Shown here one piece after another: positions 35,613 to 45,339 of a stretch of 64,000 nucleotides of DNA; positions within the stretch are counted from its first letter, which is position 1; each line of letters opens with the position of its first letter. The notes below the pieces were generated by a model that saw only the letters and a list, made by a program, of their open reading frames with translations, was not told the DNA's origin and did no database searches. The DNA comes from a virus (Duplodnaviria > Heunggongvirae > Uroviricota > Caudoviricetes): positions 48,257-112,256 of IMG/VR virus record IMGVR_UViG_3300027833_000012; one strand, given 5' to 3'. The translations under genes were made by a program, and so were the position numbers.

Positions 35613-36359
35613 TTATACGAATGAAACTATTTCTAAATCGAAAGTTAAATCCTTACCAGCTAATGGGTTGTTCCCGTTGATTACAACTGTCTCGTCTTTT
35701 ACCTCAGATACAACAACATTCATAGGTCCATGTTCTGTTTGAGTTGTTAGTAACGCACCCACTTGAATGTTTTCTGGGACAAATTTCTTTTCAATTTCCT
35801 GGAAACGTTCAGGTAATACATCACCATATGCTTGAGATGATTCAATTGTGACTGTTTTCTTTTCACCTTGCTTCATCCCCTTTAAAGCATCTTCGAATCC
35901 AGGTATAACCATACCTTTACCTAATTCTACTGTTATAGCTTCTTTATCGGTAAATTGTGTTCCTTCAACAGCAACAGATGAGTCAAAGACTTCACCGTTA
36001 TCATACTTACCCGTATAGTGCACTTTTACAATGCTATTCTCATTAATTTCTGACATAATTTTCTCTTTTTTATTTACTTTATTATTTAATTTCAACCTTA
36101 AAACTGGTATTATTTTACTAGAAGTTTGGTAGTCAACATCGAGTTCAAAATTAATTAAATGCTTTTTTAAACAATGGTGTAATCTATAATTTAACCCACC
36201 ACCCTCTTCTATATCCTCTAACATGAAAAATTTAAAAGGTTTATCACCTTCTTCATAAGCTTCACCAGTAGTGTACATAGTAGGTGTTACTTTATTTTTA
36301 AAATCATCATCATTAATTTTATCCATTTGTTTATCGTAAAACTCACTTATATTAACCAT
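35613..36359 (-). CDS. FKBP-type peptidyl-prolyl cis-trans isomerase with N-terminal extension
   Basis: HYTGKYDNGEVFDSS...ELGKGMVIPGFEDALKGMKQGEKK FKBP signature. Confidence 0.75.
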   Translation of the reverse strand: MVNISEFYDKQMDKINDDDFKNKVTPTMYTTGEAYEEGDKPFKFFMLEDIEEGGGLNYRLHHCLKKHLINFELDVDYQTSSKIIPVLRLKLNNKVNKKEKIMSEINENSIVKVHYTGKYDNGEVFDSSVAVEGTQFTDKEAITVELGKGMVIPGFEDALKGMKQGEKKTVTIESSQAYGDVLPERFQEIEKKFVPENIQVGALLTTQTEHGPMNVVVSEVKDETVVINGNNPLAGKDLTFDLEIVSFV

Positions 36360-36390
36360 ATTTATTTTTTTATTAATTATTTAATTGATT

Positions 36391-36423
36391 ACAAATATAC
36401 TACAATTTTTCTTAATTGTCAAG
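36391..36423 (-). promoter_or_regulatory. promoter: TTGACA - 17 nt - TATATTTG on coding strand
   Basis: rc of acaaatatactacaatttttcttaattgtcaag; 31 nt upstream of the FKBP start. Confidence 0.5.
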
Positions 36424-36429
36424 TTAAAA

Positions 36430-36458
36430 TAAAAAAACCCACTTAGTAGTGGGTTTTA
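36430..36458 (-). terminator. hairpin plus U7 terminator ending the tmRNA-like unit
   Basis: On minus strand AAACCCACUACUAAGUGGGUUUUUUU. Confidence 0.55.
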
Positions 36459-36500
36459 GTTGTTTAAACGTTTCTGTAAAAGGTACAAAAACGTGTCAAA

Positions 36501-36868
36501 TGTGGAGATGGAGGGGCTCGAACCCTCGTATCAACCTAAGCTTAAAAAGCTTTCTACATGTTTAGGTTAACATTTTTCTTATGTTCCAAAAATAGTTAAT
36601 TTTTTTATGGATACAAAAAACAAAATCCACTAACCATTTTTTTTAACATCACAAGGTTTAGTTTCGTGATGGTGGGCGAACCCACTACAATCATTTAGGC
36701 GAATGCTACCTCTCCTGATTCAACTTCTACAGAAGCGTTTTCAAGGAAATTTACGTCAATGTCAAACGAGTTGTCATCTAAAAAAATCGATAGGTTATTT
36801 AAGTGTTTCCATCTAACACTACATGCTTACAAGAAAAGTCATTAAGTGAGCAATTCCAAGTCATCCCC
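36501..36868 (-). ncRNA. ssrA: tmRNA-like (ssrA-like) RNA, about 368 nt
   Basis: 5' GGGGAUG pairs with 3' CAUCUCC (G3:U70 wobble, A73). T arm GAGGG-UUCGAGC-CCCUC. 5' segment ACUUGGAAUUGC resembles the tmRNA D-loop analogue. Internal tag-like frame ...ASVEVESGEVAFA-UAA (36736->36695). No ORF longer than 30 aa. Own promoter and terminator. Embedded UUCG tetraloop hairpin GUGGG-UUCG-CCCAC. Confidence 0.6.
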
Positions 36869-36902
36869 AATATGTTTAAGAACATTTATAATTAAATATA
36901 CA

Positions 36903-36912
36903 CAAATATACT
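36903..36912 (-). promoter_or_regulatory. -7 promoter element for the tmRNA-like transcript
   Basis: acaaatatac, about 35 nt upstream of the proposed mature 5' end, with no coding gene downstream. Confidence 0.45.
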
Positions 36913-36961
36913 AATAAACTTTTAATTATGCAAGTTTATTTAAAAATATTTTTCATATTCT

Positions 36962-37297
36962 TTAAAAATATAAAATATAAATATCTTTACCGAGCTTGTG
37001 AGCCTTACCTATACTGTCCCTAGTACCTCTTGATTTTTTATCCCAACAAGCTAATACCATATCACAATCATTTATTATATCTGAATTTCTAATGAATCCA
37101 GCAGCCTTACCATGCTTATCCCAATCTGGTTTATGTATTATGGTTTTTAAACTGTTTTCAGATGCATACCTTTCACTTAATTTATCTGCACCATGTGCAC
37201 CTCCAGAAATAATAGTAGATGGCTTAAGACGGTCTAAAACCACCTTAAGCCTATTATAATCATCAAATGACCTACTACCTACTACTGCAATTTTCAT
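36962..37297 (-). CDS. SLOG/DprA-LOG-like Rossmann protein (DUF2493-like)
   Basis: VVGSR...ISGGAHGADKLSERYA motif. Confidence 0.5.
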   Translation of the reverse strand: MKIAVVGSRSFDDYNRLKVVLDRLKPSTIISGGAHGADKLSERYASENSLKTIIHKPDWDKHGKAAGFIRNSDIINDCDMVLACWDKKSRGTRDSIGKAHKLGKDIYILYF

Positions 37298-38034
37298 TAA
37301 GGGTTCTTTTTCAATATAATACCATCGATTATACCGTATTCTTTAGCTTCTTCAGCTGTTAACCAGAAATCTCTATTGGCATCTAACTGAACTTGTTCTG
37401 ATGTTTTACCAGTAAATTCACCAAGCATTTCAAATAAAATATCATTATATTTATCACCCTCAGCTACACTAATCCTTACATCGGCCATAGTTCCTTGTGC
37501 TCCAGTACTAACTTGGTGTAACATAACCTTACTATGTTTAAGACTATAACGCTTACCCTTAGTTCCGTTACCTAATAATATTGACCCCATCGATGCCGCC
37601 ATACCTGTGTTGATTGTCATTACATCAGATGTTATATAGTTCATAACATCAACCATACCTAACCCAGATTTAACTGAACCACCTGGTGAGTCAACGTGCA
37701 TAGTTATATCAAGATTACTATCAATACTATCTAAGAACATTAATTGTGCCTGTACAACTGTACTCATCATATCGTTTACTGGACCATTAACCCATAAAAT
37801 TCTATCAGCCATCATTCTAGAGAATATGTCCATTTGAGTAACCCTCATAGGTCTTTCCTCTAAGATATATGGTGTTAAACTATTCTTTGGTGTTGAAGCA
37901 CCTACACTCACATTAGAGTATAACTGGCTTTGAATTTTATCCCATGCGTGAAATTGCATTGAACTAACACCCATATGTTGTATAGCGTATTTCTTAAACT
38001 CGCTATAAAAATCTAAATTACCGTATCCTTCCAT
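37297..38034 (-). CDS. clpP: ClpP-family serine protease
   Basis: DSPGGSV, MAASMGS (Ser nucleophile), HQ and D catalytic triad context; 245 aa. Confidence 0.85.
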   Translation of the reverse strand: MEGYGNLDFYSEFKKYAIQHMGVSSMQFHAWDKIQSQLYSNVSVGASTPKNSLTPYILEERPMRVTQMDIFSRMMADRILWVNGPVNDMMSTVVQAQLMFLDSIDSNLDITMHVDSPGGSVKSGLGMVDVMNYITSDVMTINTGMAASMGSILLGNGTKGKRYSLKHSKVMLHQVSTGAQGTMADVRISVAEGDKYNDILFEMLGEFTGKTSEQVQLDANRDFWLTAEEAKEYGIIDGIILKKNP

Positions 38035-38049
38035 ATTATTTTATATTTT

Positions 38050-38301
38050 TTAAATTTCTGTGTTTATAAAAACTGGTGTATATTCCCCTAACCATCCACC
38101 AACTATGTTATATGAATAAAATTCATAAGCTTCTGTATAATCCATACCATCTCTTTCCATCATAATGTTTATGATTTTATCAACATCGTATGCAACTACT
38201 GGACCTAGATTTATTCTTTCAGCCATACCGATTATAGCTTTATCAAACCCATCCACCATTAATGCTTCAGGGTTTATTTCACTTACATCTTCTCTAGTCA
38301 T
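38050..38301 (-). CDS. hypothetical protein
   Basis: 83 aa. Confidence 0.4.
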   Translation of the reverse strand: MTREDVSEINPEALMVDGFDKAIIGMAERINLGPVVAYDVDKIINIMMERDGMDYTEAYEFYSYNIVGGWLGEYTPVFINTEI

Positions 38302-38708
38302 TATTTTTTATTTTTTTCCATTTCATAAAGCGTCCTAATGCTTTCTTGTAACGATTCATAATGGTCTTTATACTTTGCAAGTATCCCAGAGAATGTCTTA
38401 ACATCTGGAGTTTTAACTTCTAATTTATCTTTTTCAGTATTAAAGTATAAAGCAGCAATAGCTTCTTCAGCGACAATTGTTCTATGTAAGTCATTTAATT
38501 GTTCGAAGATTAATTCATTTAAGAAGATAGTTGCATCTACACCGACTTTAAACTTAGTATATTCATTTGTTTTAGAAACACTATATATTTTTTTCATATT
38601 GTTATCCGAAACAATATCTATGTTAATATATCTATCTAATTCAGCTACCGATATTAGATTCTTAAACGTTTCTAACGTGTCCTCGAAAGGAGTTTCAAAC
38701 TTTCCCAT
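38301..38708 (-). CDS. hypothetical protein
   Basis: 135 aa. Confidence 0.4.
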   Translation of the reverse strand: MGKFETPFEDTLETFKNLISVAELDRYINIDIVSDNNMKKIYSVSKTNEYTKFKVGVDATIFLNELIFEQLNDLHRTIVAEEAIAALYFNTEKDKLEVKTPDVKTFSGILAKYKDHYESLQESIRTLYEMEKNKK

Positions 38709-38820
38709 ATTTTTTTTTATTTATTTATATAATTACTTTAGACAAATATACTAATACTTTTACTTAATTGCCATATTTGAACTATTTATTTTTAAATAAA
38801 GTTATTTATATTTAACTTAT

Positions 38821-39480
38821 ATGTATAGAGTCATTTTAACGAAAAATGGTGAGTATAAAAAAACACTTCACCGCTGTAAAACTAGGGAAACATCATTTAT
38901 TAATTATAGACAATTAATAGAGGAAAATAAATCTATAATTTATCCAAAACAACATATAAATTATAATGGTATTAAGAGAGTTACTTATAAGATTTATATA
39001 GTAAAGGATATTGAAGATGGTGATGAATATAGGTTACTTAGAGATTCTTTAGGTAGGTCATATGTTGAAAAACCTATTTTTGACCTATGGACTGTCTTGG
39101 ATGATAATGAGTATAATATTGAAGAGACTTTTTGGATGTTTGGTAGAGATTCTAAGGTTGATAGAATCACAATACATGATTTTTTAAAACCATTAATGAA
39201 GAATGCTTATAGAAAAATGTTAACTAAACAATTAATCGTTGTTCACAATAAATTAGTCTTATATAATGAAGAGCAATTTGAGATGGTTGTCTGTAAGAAT
39301 AAATTAGACGCACAACGTTTACATCATGCATTAAATAAAGCTTGTAAAAAGAATAAAATTAAGAGTATTATATTTATGGGTACTGCTTCTGAAGCAACTA
39401 TCCCACAGATGTATAAAATAATACATGAGCATACTGGTTGGCCAATGACTAAGATTCGTAGGACATCTACTCGTCCTTAA
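38821..39480 (+). CDS. hypothetical protein (one of few plus-strand genes)
   Basis: 219 aa; AT-rich upstream region. Confidence 0.45.
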   Translation: MYRVILTKNGEYKKTLHRCKTRETSFINYRQLIEENKSIIYPKQHINYNGIKRVTYKIYIVKDIEDGDEYRLLRDSLGRSYVEKPIFDLWTVLDDNEYNIEETFWMFGRDSKVDRITIHDFLKPLMKNAYRKMLTKQLIVVHNKLVLYNEEQFEMVVCKNKLDAQRLHHALNKACKKNKIKSIIFMGTASEATIPQMYKIIHEHTGWPMTKIRRTSTRP

Positions 39481-39718
39481 TTAATTTCAATTTATCAGCT
39501 CGTTTTAATTTTTTTATTTTATACTCTAACTTACTAGCTTCTGACCTATTAATACTTTCCCAGGATTTCTTAAGTATTACTGGTCTCCTATGTTTTGTAT
39601 ACTTTGCCCCTTTACCCTTGTTATGAGTTTCAATTCGTTTAGTTAGATTATTCGTGATACCAGTATAGAGTGAACCATCGGAACACTCTACAATGTATAC
39701 GTACCACTTATCTTTCAT
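39467..39718 (-). CDS. GIY-YIG nuclease-domain protein (short)
   Basis: [30 protein letters not shown]; start taken at the internal Met just after the stop of the upstream gene. Confidence 0.55.
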   Translation of the reverse strand: MKDKWYVYIVECSDGSLYTGITNNLTKRIETHNKGKGAKYTKHRRPVILKKSWESINRSEASKLEYKIKKLKRADKLKLIKDE

Positions 39719-40238
39719 ACATGACATCTGTTCTAATTGCATATTTAACACCGTGTTTAACAGCAAGTCCAGCATGCATGACATTTTGTTGGAAGACAAG
39801 ACATTTACCAGTTTCAGGTGTAACCGCACCATTTAGGAAAAATGTTTCACCACCTCTATAATCTTCATTTAAATAAATTAACATAGTTAATAAACTTCTT
39901 TCATTTTCATCACTAACAAAAGAAACATCTTTGTGCATTTTAAATCGTTGGCCAACTTCATACTTATACACCTTCATTTGCCCATTTAAACCCTTTAATT
40001 TCCAACCATCAATATTAGCTGGTAACTTATCTTTAAATTTATCAAATAGTTCATTACATAAGTTAACATCGTCTAATAACGCACTACCATTATTTCTAAT
40101 ATGCTCTTGAATCATTTCACCTCTAGGTGTCTTTACTTTAGGTTTACTAAACCCAATACTTTCACCTAATGATATGAATTTAGAACATTCACTTTCTGAT
40201 AATAAATTTTCAATTTCTATTTTAACCATAATTTTCAA
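39708..40238 (-). CDS. 2OG-Fe(II) oxygenase (prolyl-hydroxylase-like)
   Basis: HKD ... H facial triad in a jelly-roll context; RxS near C terminus. Confidence 0.6.
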   Translation of the reverse strand: MKIMVKIEIENLLSESECSKFISLGESIGFSKPKVKTPRGEMIQEHIRNNGSALLDDVNLCNELFDKFKDKLPANIDGWKLKGLNGQMKVYKYEVGQRFKMHKDVSFVSDENERSLLTMLIYLNEDYRGGETFFLNGAVTPETGKCLVFQQNVMHAGLAVKHGVKYAIRTDVMYER

Positions 40239-40824
40239 CTTTTATTACACCACAACCTTTTGTGTATTGTTCTTCTATTTGTTCAAGTGATAAATCATCA
40301 AATAACATTAATTTAAGTTTATATGAACCTTCAATTGAGTTACCATCCTTATCTATAGGATTTTCATCAGTAAATTCAAGATAATAAGGTTTTTTAATAA
40401 CATTTGAGTTATAAACAATTACTAAATTATCATCTAAATTATCACTAAAATTGATTTTATATCTATTAAGGTAATAATTTGAACCAAAGGTATAATCAAT
40501 AAATTTTCTTAAATTACTACTAATCATTAAGTTATTACCAGGACCAATCATCGTAGCTTGATGAATTTGTGTTGAAATTTGATTAATCTTAGTAACTAAA
40601 GTTACGTTCCAATCCTCTTTAGTGTATGGAGAACGTAACCCGTAATAATCCCATCTAAGTTTCCATTTATGTTTTTCAACATGAAATATACTGAAATTTA
40701 AATCATTTAACTTATCAGATAAATTAGGGTGATTTGTAAAATAAAAATCACCCGAATTATTTGGTATATTATAATTTAATTGTTTAATCATTTTTACCTT
40801 CATCAGCCCCTTGGCCAATATCAA
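40222..40824 (-). CDS. hypothetical protein
   Basis: 200 aa. Confidence 0.4.
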   Translation of the reverse strand: MILAKGLMKVKMIKQLNYNIPNNSGDFYFTNHPNLSDKLNDLNFSIFHVEKHKWKLRWDYYGLRSPYTKEDWNVTLVTKINQISTQIHQATMIGPGNNLMISSNLRKFIDYTFGSNYYLNRYKINFSDNLDDNLVIVYNSNVIKKPYYLEFTDENPIDKDGNSIEGSYKLKLMLFDDLSLEQIEEQYTKGCGVIKVENYG

Positions 40825-41080
40825 AATTTTTAACTAGAGATTCTACAATAGAATTAACCCTACTCATATCAACCTCAGCTAATTGAATAGGGTTAATACA
40901 TTCTAATCTTTCCTCACCATCAGTTGGTAAGAAGAAAGCCATTGCATTAGCTCCAGTGTTTTTAATCATGAAATTAACTTGCTCCGTAAATGGAACAATT
41001 ATCTCATTAGTACTCATCATTTCCCTATCTAGATAAAAAACTAGAATTAATGGGTAGTTGTTAACACTGTTTTCTTCCAT
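40784..41080 (-). CDS. hypothetical protein
   Basis: 98 aa. Confidence 0.35.
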   Translation of the reverse strand: MEENSVNNYPLILVFYLDREMMSTNEIIVPFTEQVNFMIKNTGANAMAFFLPTDGEERLECINPIQLAEVDMSRVNSIVESLVKNFDIGQGADEGKND

Positions 41081-41082
41081 AA

Positions 41083-41457
41083 TTAAAACGGTAAATCGTC
41101 ATTATCTATCCCATCACTTTTATTAGCGTAACTTTGAAAAGCTTCAGCATGAGAAGGTTCACTAGCACTAGTAGTACCTTCACCTAATTTTAAAATTTTC
41201 CAACCTTGTACTGAGTTGAAATACTTAACCTCTCCTTGAGGATTAGTCCATTCTCTACCCCTTAAATTTAAAGATACTCTAACGGCTTCACCAACAGCAT
41301 AACTATTTAACATATCACACTTGTCTTGTACAAATTCAATTAAAATATGTTGTGGGTATTGCTCTTCAACAGTCACAACTAATTCTCTTTTTCTAAAACC
41401 ATTCGCACCGAATGTTTTTGTTTCACCAATTAATTTGATTTTTCCTTCTAATTCCAT
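41083..41457 (-). CDS. SSB-like OB-fold protein with acidic C-terminal tail
   Basis: C terminus DGIDNDDLPF resembles the bacterial SSB DDDIPF tip. Confidence 0.45.
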   Translation of the reverse strand: MELEGKIKLIGETKTFGANGFRKRELVVTVEEQYPQHILIEFVQDKCDMLNSYAVGEAVRVSLNLRGREWTNPQGEVKYFNSVQGWKILKLGEGTTSASEPSHAEAFQSYANKSDGIDNDDLPF

Positions 41458-41493
41458 ATTTATTTATTTTTATATTTATAAACTTTTATTATG

Positions 41494-41503
41494 ACAAATA
41501 TAC
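41494..41503 (-). promoter_or_regulatory. -7 promoter element acaaatatac
   Basis: 37 nt upstream of the 41457 start. Confidence 0.4.
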
Positions 41504-41525
41504 TACTAATTTATTAAAACCACAA

Positions 41526-41723
41526 CTATTTTTGGTTAATATATTCAGTATAAGCCATTAATCTAACATTATATGTTAACCCAATAATATTTAAAGAGTG
41601 TAAAACCTCATTTTTAGTTTCTATAGACATGATTCTAGCACTTTCCACTATACCATCACTAGTCTTATAATAGACTAATAATTTAGAACCATTAGCATCC
41701 ATTTCTTTTATTAATATATTCAT
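41526..41723 (-). CDS. hypothetical protein
   Basis: 65 aa. Confidence 0.3.
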   Translation of the reverse strand: MNILIKEMDANGSKLLVYYKTSDGIVESARIMSIETKNEVLHSLNIIGLTYNVRLMAYTEYINQK

Positions 41724-41774
41724 ATTACTTTATTTTAATTAAAGCTAATTAAAATATTTCATATTGTAAACAAT

Positions 41775-41808
41775 AAAAAAGGTTTATGCGAACATAAACC
41801 TTTTTTTT
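41775..41808. terminator. hairpin plus T8 terminator
   Basis: ggtttatgcgaacataaacc then tttttttt. Confidence 0.55.
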
Positions 41809-41969
41809 CAGAATGTTGTGGTAATTTACTTCTATTACCAAATAAGAAGTTAGTTATTTTAAAAAACTTTTTTTTAAAATTAATAGAGTGGATAACCAAT
41901 TAAAACCACTCAGTGATTACAGTTTATATATATATGTGTTATTTGCTGTATACATTCTTTATATTTTTA

Positions 41970-43433
41970 TTAAATAACAATCTGACTATATCTATCAGAA
42001 TTTATTGTTTTATACATAATATTAATTGGTGACATATCTTCACCACTTAAGATACTTGTTAATATACTAGGACTAAACCCAGATACTAATGCGGCATTCA
42101 TCTTGTTAAATTGAACTGGATTATTATCACTAGAAGCGTTAATATTCCAATAAACAATCTTAGGTGTGTCATAACCAGACTCAGTATATAACCTTTCAAT
42201 CATTTTTTGAGCTGTAGGGTTATCACCACCCCTAATACCTCTATTAAATTCCATGTCACTAAGAATTAAAATAGTTGTTGGCATTTCTTCTTTAGGTACA
42301 TTCATTTTAGTAGCTTTATCTAATAAAACTTGGAAAGTTATTTCTAAATTTGTTGAACCACCCCAGTTAGCATTTTTCATTTGTTTATAACGTTCACTAA
42401 GTGAACCACTCACATATTCAAGTCTTGGGTTATTATCGAATGTTATGAATCCATTTTTAAATGGTCCTTCATTTCTTTCAGAAATATATAAACCTAACGA
42501 TATTGCTACATCCATACAATTAAGTGTTGGTGAACCACCAGCTGAACATGTCATTGAGTACGACACATCAACTACAGGAAGAACCATTTCTTCATTACCT
42601 TCTAAATAGTTAGGTAATGAAGACCATTGTGTATTTGCACCAAGTACATTACCAGACTTTAAACTTTTTAAAACATCATATGGGTATATAGCACCAGCAT
42701 TTATTTTGACATCACCAGAATTAACTTGCTCAAGATAATCAGTAAATCTAACAGTATCGTGTTTAGTAAACGCTCTCATGTAGTCAGACATAGCCTTAGA
42801 TGGTACATGAGAATAGTTAATTTTATCAAACTCCTTAGCACACATTTGTTGCTCAATAGTATTAGATAAACCTACAATTAAATTTCTATATTTTTTTTGA
42901 GATAAGTTTAAGTGTTCTCTTAATTTTTTAGCTAAGAAGTTCTTCTTACTATTTTTAGAGTTACCTCTTGGCATCCATTTAGCACATAAATTATTAGACT
43001 CTTTTAAACCTTTAGAAATAACATCTAAAGCTTCTTTTTCTAAAGGCGTACCTAATAAAGTAAATAAATCATCCCATCTACCATAAACTGGTATTAAGTG
43101 TAGATTTTTACTTAAAGTTTTAGTTTGGTGTGTTGCCAGGTATGTGATTATTTCTTTAAATGTAGACCTTTCACCAGCACCACCTCTAATATCCCTAACC
43201 CAGAATAATATTTTCATAGCCGTTAACGCATCTTCAGCAAATGCTTTAGTAAATGAATTAATCTTAATAGATTCATCTTTACCTCTAACAGCACCTATCT
43301 TAAAAAATAGGTCAACACATGAGTTTAGTGTTGTAGAATTTGTTGTCATACCATTTTGGGTATAACCATCTTCAGTTCTTAATGCGTCTATTAATCTCAT
43401 AATATTTTTTTTAGTGTGATACAAATATATCAC
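41970..43433 (-). CDS. vWA-domain protein (MIDAS DVSYS), possible TROVE/Ro-like
   Basis: VVDVSYSM (DxSxS) ... TILILSDMEF; 487 aa. Confidence 0.45.
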   Translation of the reverse strand: MIYLYHTKKNIMRLIDALRTEDGYTQNGMTTNSTTLNSCVDLFFKIGAVRGKDESIKINSFTKAFAEDALTAMKILFWVRDIRGGAGERSTFKEIITYLATHQTKTLSKNLHLIPVYGRWDDLFTLLGTPLEKEALDVISKGLKESNNLCAKWMPRGNSKNSKKNFLAKKLREHLNLSQKKYRNLIVGLSNTIEQQMCAKEFDKINYSHVPSKAMSDYMRAFTKHDTVRFTDYLEQVNSGDVKINAGAIYPYDVLKSLKSGNVLGANTQWSSLPNYLEGNEEMVLPVVDVSYSMTCSAGGSPTLNCMDVAISLGLYISERNEGPFKNGFITFDNNPRLEYVSGSLSERYKQMKNANWGGSTNLEITFQVLLDKATKMNVPKEEMPTTILILSDMEFNRGIRGGDNPTAQKMIERLYTESGYDTPKIVYWNINASSDNNPVQFNKMNAALVSGFSPSILTSILSGEDMSPINIMYKTINSDRYSQIVI

Positions 43434-43458
43434 TTTATTTCCATTAATTCAAGTTAAT

Positions 43459-43689
43459 TTACTTTTTTTTTATTAATTTAACTAAAATACCACTTATTTC
43501 TATTTCTATAACATCATTATGTATGAATTCACCTGTTAAACTATCCTTAGATGATTTATAAAAAAGGTGTTCATCCATCTTCATATGGTTAATTTCATCT
43601 AACTCGTAAACTAAAATTAAACCACCCTTAAATATGTTTTCATTCTCGACAATCTCTGAGACTGTCTTTATTAAATTATCATAATCCAT
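43459..43689 (-). CDS. hypothetical protein
   Basis: 76 aa. Confidence 0.35.
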   Translation of the reverse strand: MDYDNLIKTVSEIVENENIFKGGLILVYELDEINHMKMDEHLFYKSSKDSLTGEFIHNDVIEIEISGILVKLIKKK

Positions 43690-43690
43690 A

Positions 43691-43999
43691 TTAAAACTTT
43701 TTAAATATTTTTCTTAAAGTTATTTTAACCCTTTCTAACAAACTTTTCTTGATTATTTTAACTTCATTTGGGTTTGTTTTTATTTTTGCACCTAAACCAC
43801 CATTAATTTCGTTAATAAAATTTTGTTTTTTTAATTCGGTACTATTTTTAGAGGTTATAATACTATTCTTAATTGATTCAATAGATTCAATTGGTTGTAT
43901 TGATTCTTCTTTTTCCAAATCATTAATAAATTTTTTGTTATGTGTATTAAATTTATTAACTAAATCATCTAAGGAAGTTAACTTATTTTTATCATTCAT
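43691..43999 (-). CDS. hypothetical protein
   Basis: 102 aa. Confidence 0.4.
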   Translation of the reverse strand: MNDKNKLTSLDDLVNKFNTHNKKFINDLEKEESIQPIESIESIKNSIITSKNSTELKKQNFINEINGGLGAKIKTNPNEVKIIKKSLLERVKITLRKIFKKF

Positions 44000-44020
44000 A
44001 ATTTATTTATATTTAAAATC

Positions 44021-44383
44021 TTGACTTATTGTACAAATATACGTATTTTTAAATTAAAATTAAACGTTATGATTAAATTAATTATTTTTATATTAGTAAG
44101 TTATGGAATAACCAATATCTTAATATATGGGTCTATTTTCTCTAGGTGGAGGGATTTTATTGGTGCATCGGTTGAAGAACCTAAGAATCTTGGTAAGTTA
44201 TTTAGTTGTTTTATGTGTCTATCCTTTTGGGTTGGTGTACTGGTTTCTTTGGTTATGTTTTCACCAACATTAACTTATGGTATGTTTGATAATGTAAACT
44301 TTTTAAATGTATTCTTTGATGCTTGTTTAGCTTCTGGAGGTGTTTGGTTAGTTCATACTTTACAAGAGTATTTAGAACAATAA
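44021..44383 (+). CDS. membrane protein, 3-4 TM (holin-like candidate)
   Basis: Plus-strand ORF ending at a bidirectional terminator; hydrophobic. Confidence 0.45.
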   Translation: MTYCTNIRIFKLKLNVMIKLIIFILVSYGITNILIYGSIFSRWRDFIGASVEEPKNLGKLFSCFMCLSFWVGVLVSLVMFSPTLTYGMFDNVNFLNVFFDACLASGGVWLVHTLQEYLEQ

Positions 44384-44412
44384 AAAAAGACCCATTATGG
44401 GTCTTTTTTTAT
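44383..44412. terminator. bidirectional hairpin terminator agacccattatgggtct
   Basis: Flanked by A7 and T7. Confidence 0.6.
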
Positions 44413-44416
44413 TATT

Positions 44417-45115
44417 TTAAAATCCTTTTTCATTCATACATTTCCCACAAGCTTCTTCTGGACCACATTCACATGGACCAGTTGTCATTTCATGTGGTAA
44501 GTCATATGTTTCTACTTCTATGTTACCCTTTGGAGGTAATTCAATCGTCTGATTTTTATAAGTGGCTGTCCTAACATTACTAGAGTTTAAAACACCTACA
44601 CCACCATTAGTAAAACCATCAAACTTATCATCTTCTGAAATTAAACTTTCTTGTTCTGAAACGTCTTCTTGTTCTACAATTTCAACGCTTTGTTCAACAA
44701 CATCTGATTCATTTAAATTAATATCTAATTCACTAATTTTTGGGTTAATAGAATCACCATCACTGAAAGTGAATCTTAAGGTTTCTAATTTATTTAATTC
44801 GTTAGTTTTAAATAATTCTTTTAATTCATCAACCTTAACTTTTAATAATTGAAACTTATTTTCTCTTTCAATATTAATGTTAATTATAGCCTCAACATAA
44901 TCTAACAATGTATCGACTGTAACATTATCATTATCTTGACTGTAGAACATGTAGTAGTTCTTAGGTTCATCAACTAATTCTTTCTTAATGATATCAGAAT
45001 CTGGTACAGTCCAACCTTCTTTAAACATCGCATCAACTATCTGAATACCTTCCAGGTATCTTATACCCACTATATAAGGTTTTAATATATTTAACCTATC
45101 TTGTATCTTTGCCAT
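44417..45115 (-). CDS. hypothetical protein, acidic middle, Cys-rich C terminus
   Basis: 232 aa; ...CECGPEEACGKCMNEKGF. Confidence 0.4.
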   Translation of the reverse strand: MAKIQDRLNILKPYIVGIRYLEGIQIVDAMFKEGWTVPDSDIIKKELVDEPKNYYMFYSQDNDNVTVDTLLDYVEAIININIERENKFQLLKVKVDELKELFKTNELNKLETLRFTFSDGDSINPKISELDINLNESDVVEQSVEIVEQEDVSEQESLISEDDKFDGFTNGGVGVLNSSNVRTATYKNQTIELPPKGNIEVETYDLPHEMTTGPCECGPEEACGKCMNEKGF

Positions 45116-45123
45116 AAAACTTT

Positions 45124-45339
45124 TTATTTAATATATAAACCATTAAAAATGGTCATTAATATGTATGCTATTGACATAGCAAAAACCCACAAACTACTCT
45201 TACTTAACAAATATCTTGATGGGTTAGATGAGTTTGATTTAACCCATACTTGTATAAAATAAAATATATGTCTAAGTGTGTTTAAAATAGACATATATAA
45301 TAGAAATACTAATACTTTATTTATTATTGCTATAAGCAT
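45124..45339 (-). CDS. small membrane protein
   Basis: 71 aa; two TM helices. Confidence 0.35.
   Translation of the reverse strand: MLIAIINKVLVFLLYMSILNTLRHIFYFIQVWVKSNSSNPSRYLLSKSSLWVFAMSIAYILMTIFNGLYIK

Noticed and set aside
36501-36530. Isolated tRNA 3' half (T arm plus acceptor strand) that might mark an integration att site
   Set aside because: A matching 5' acceptor strand with G3:U70 lies about 360 nt upstream on the same strand, and the unit has its own promoter and terminator. It is better explained as the 3' domain of a tmRNA-like RNA than as an att remnant.
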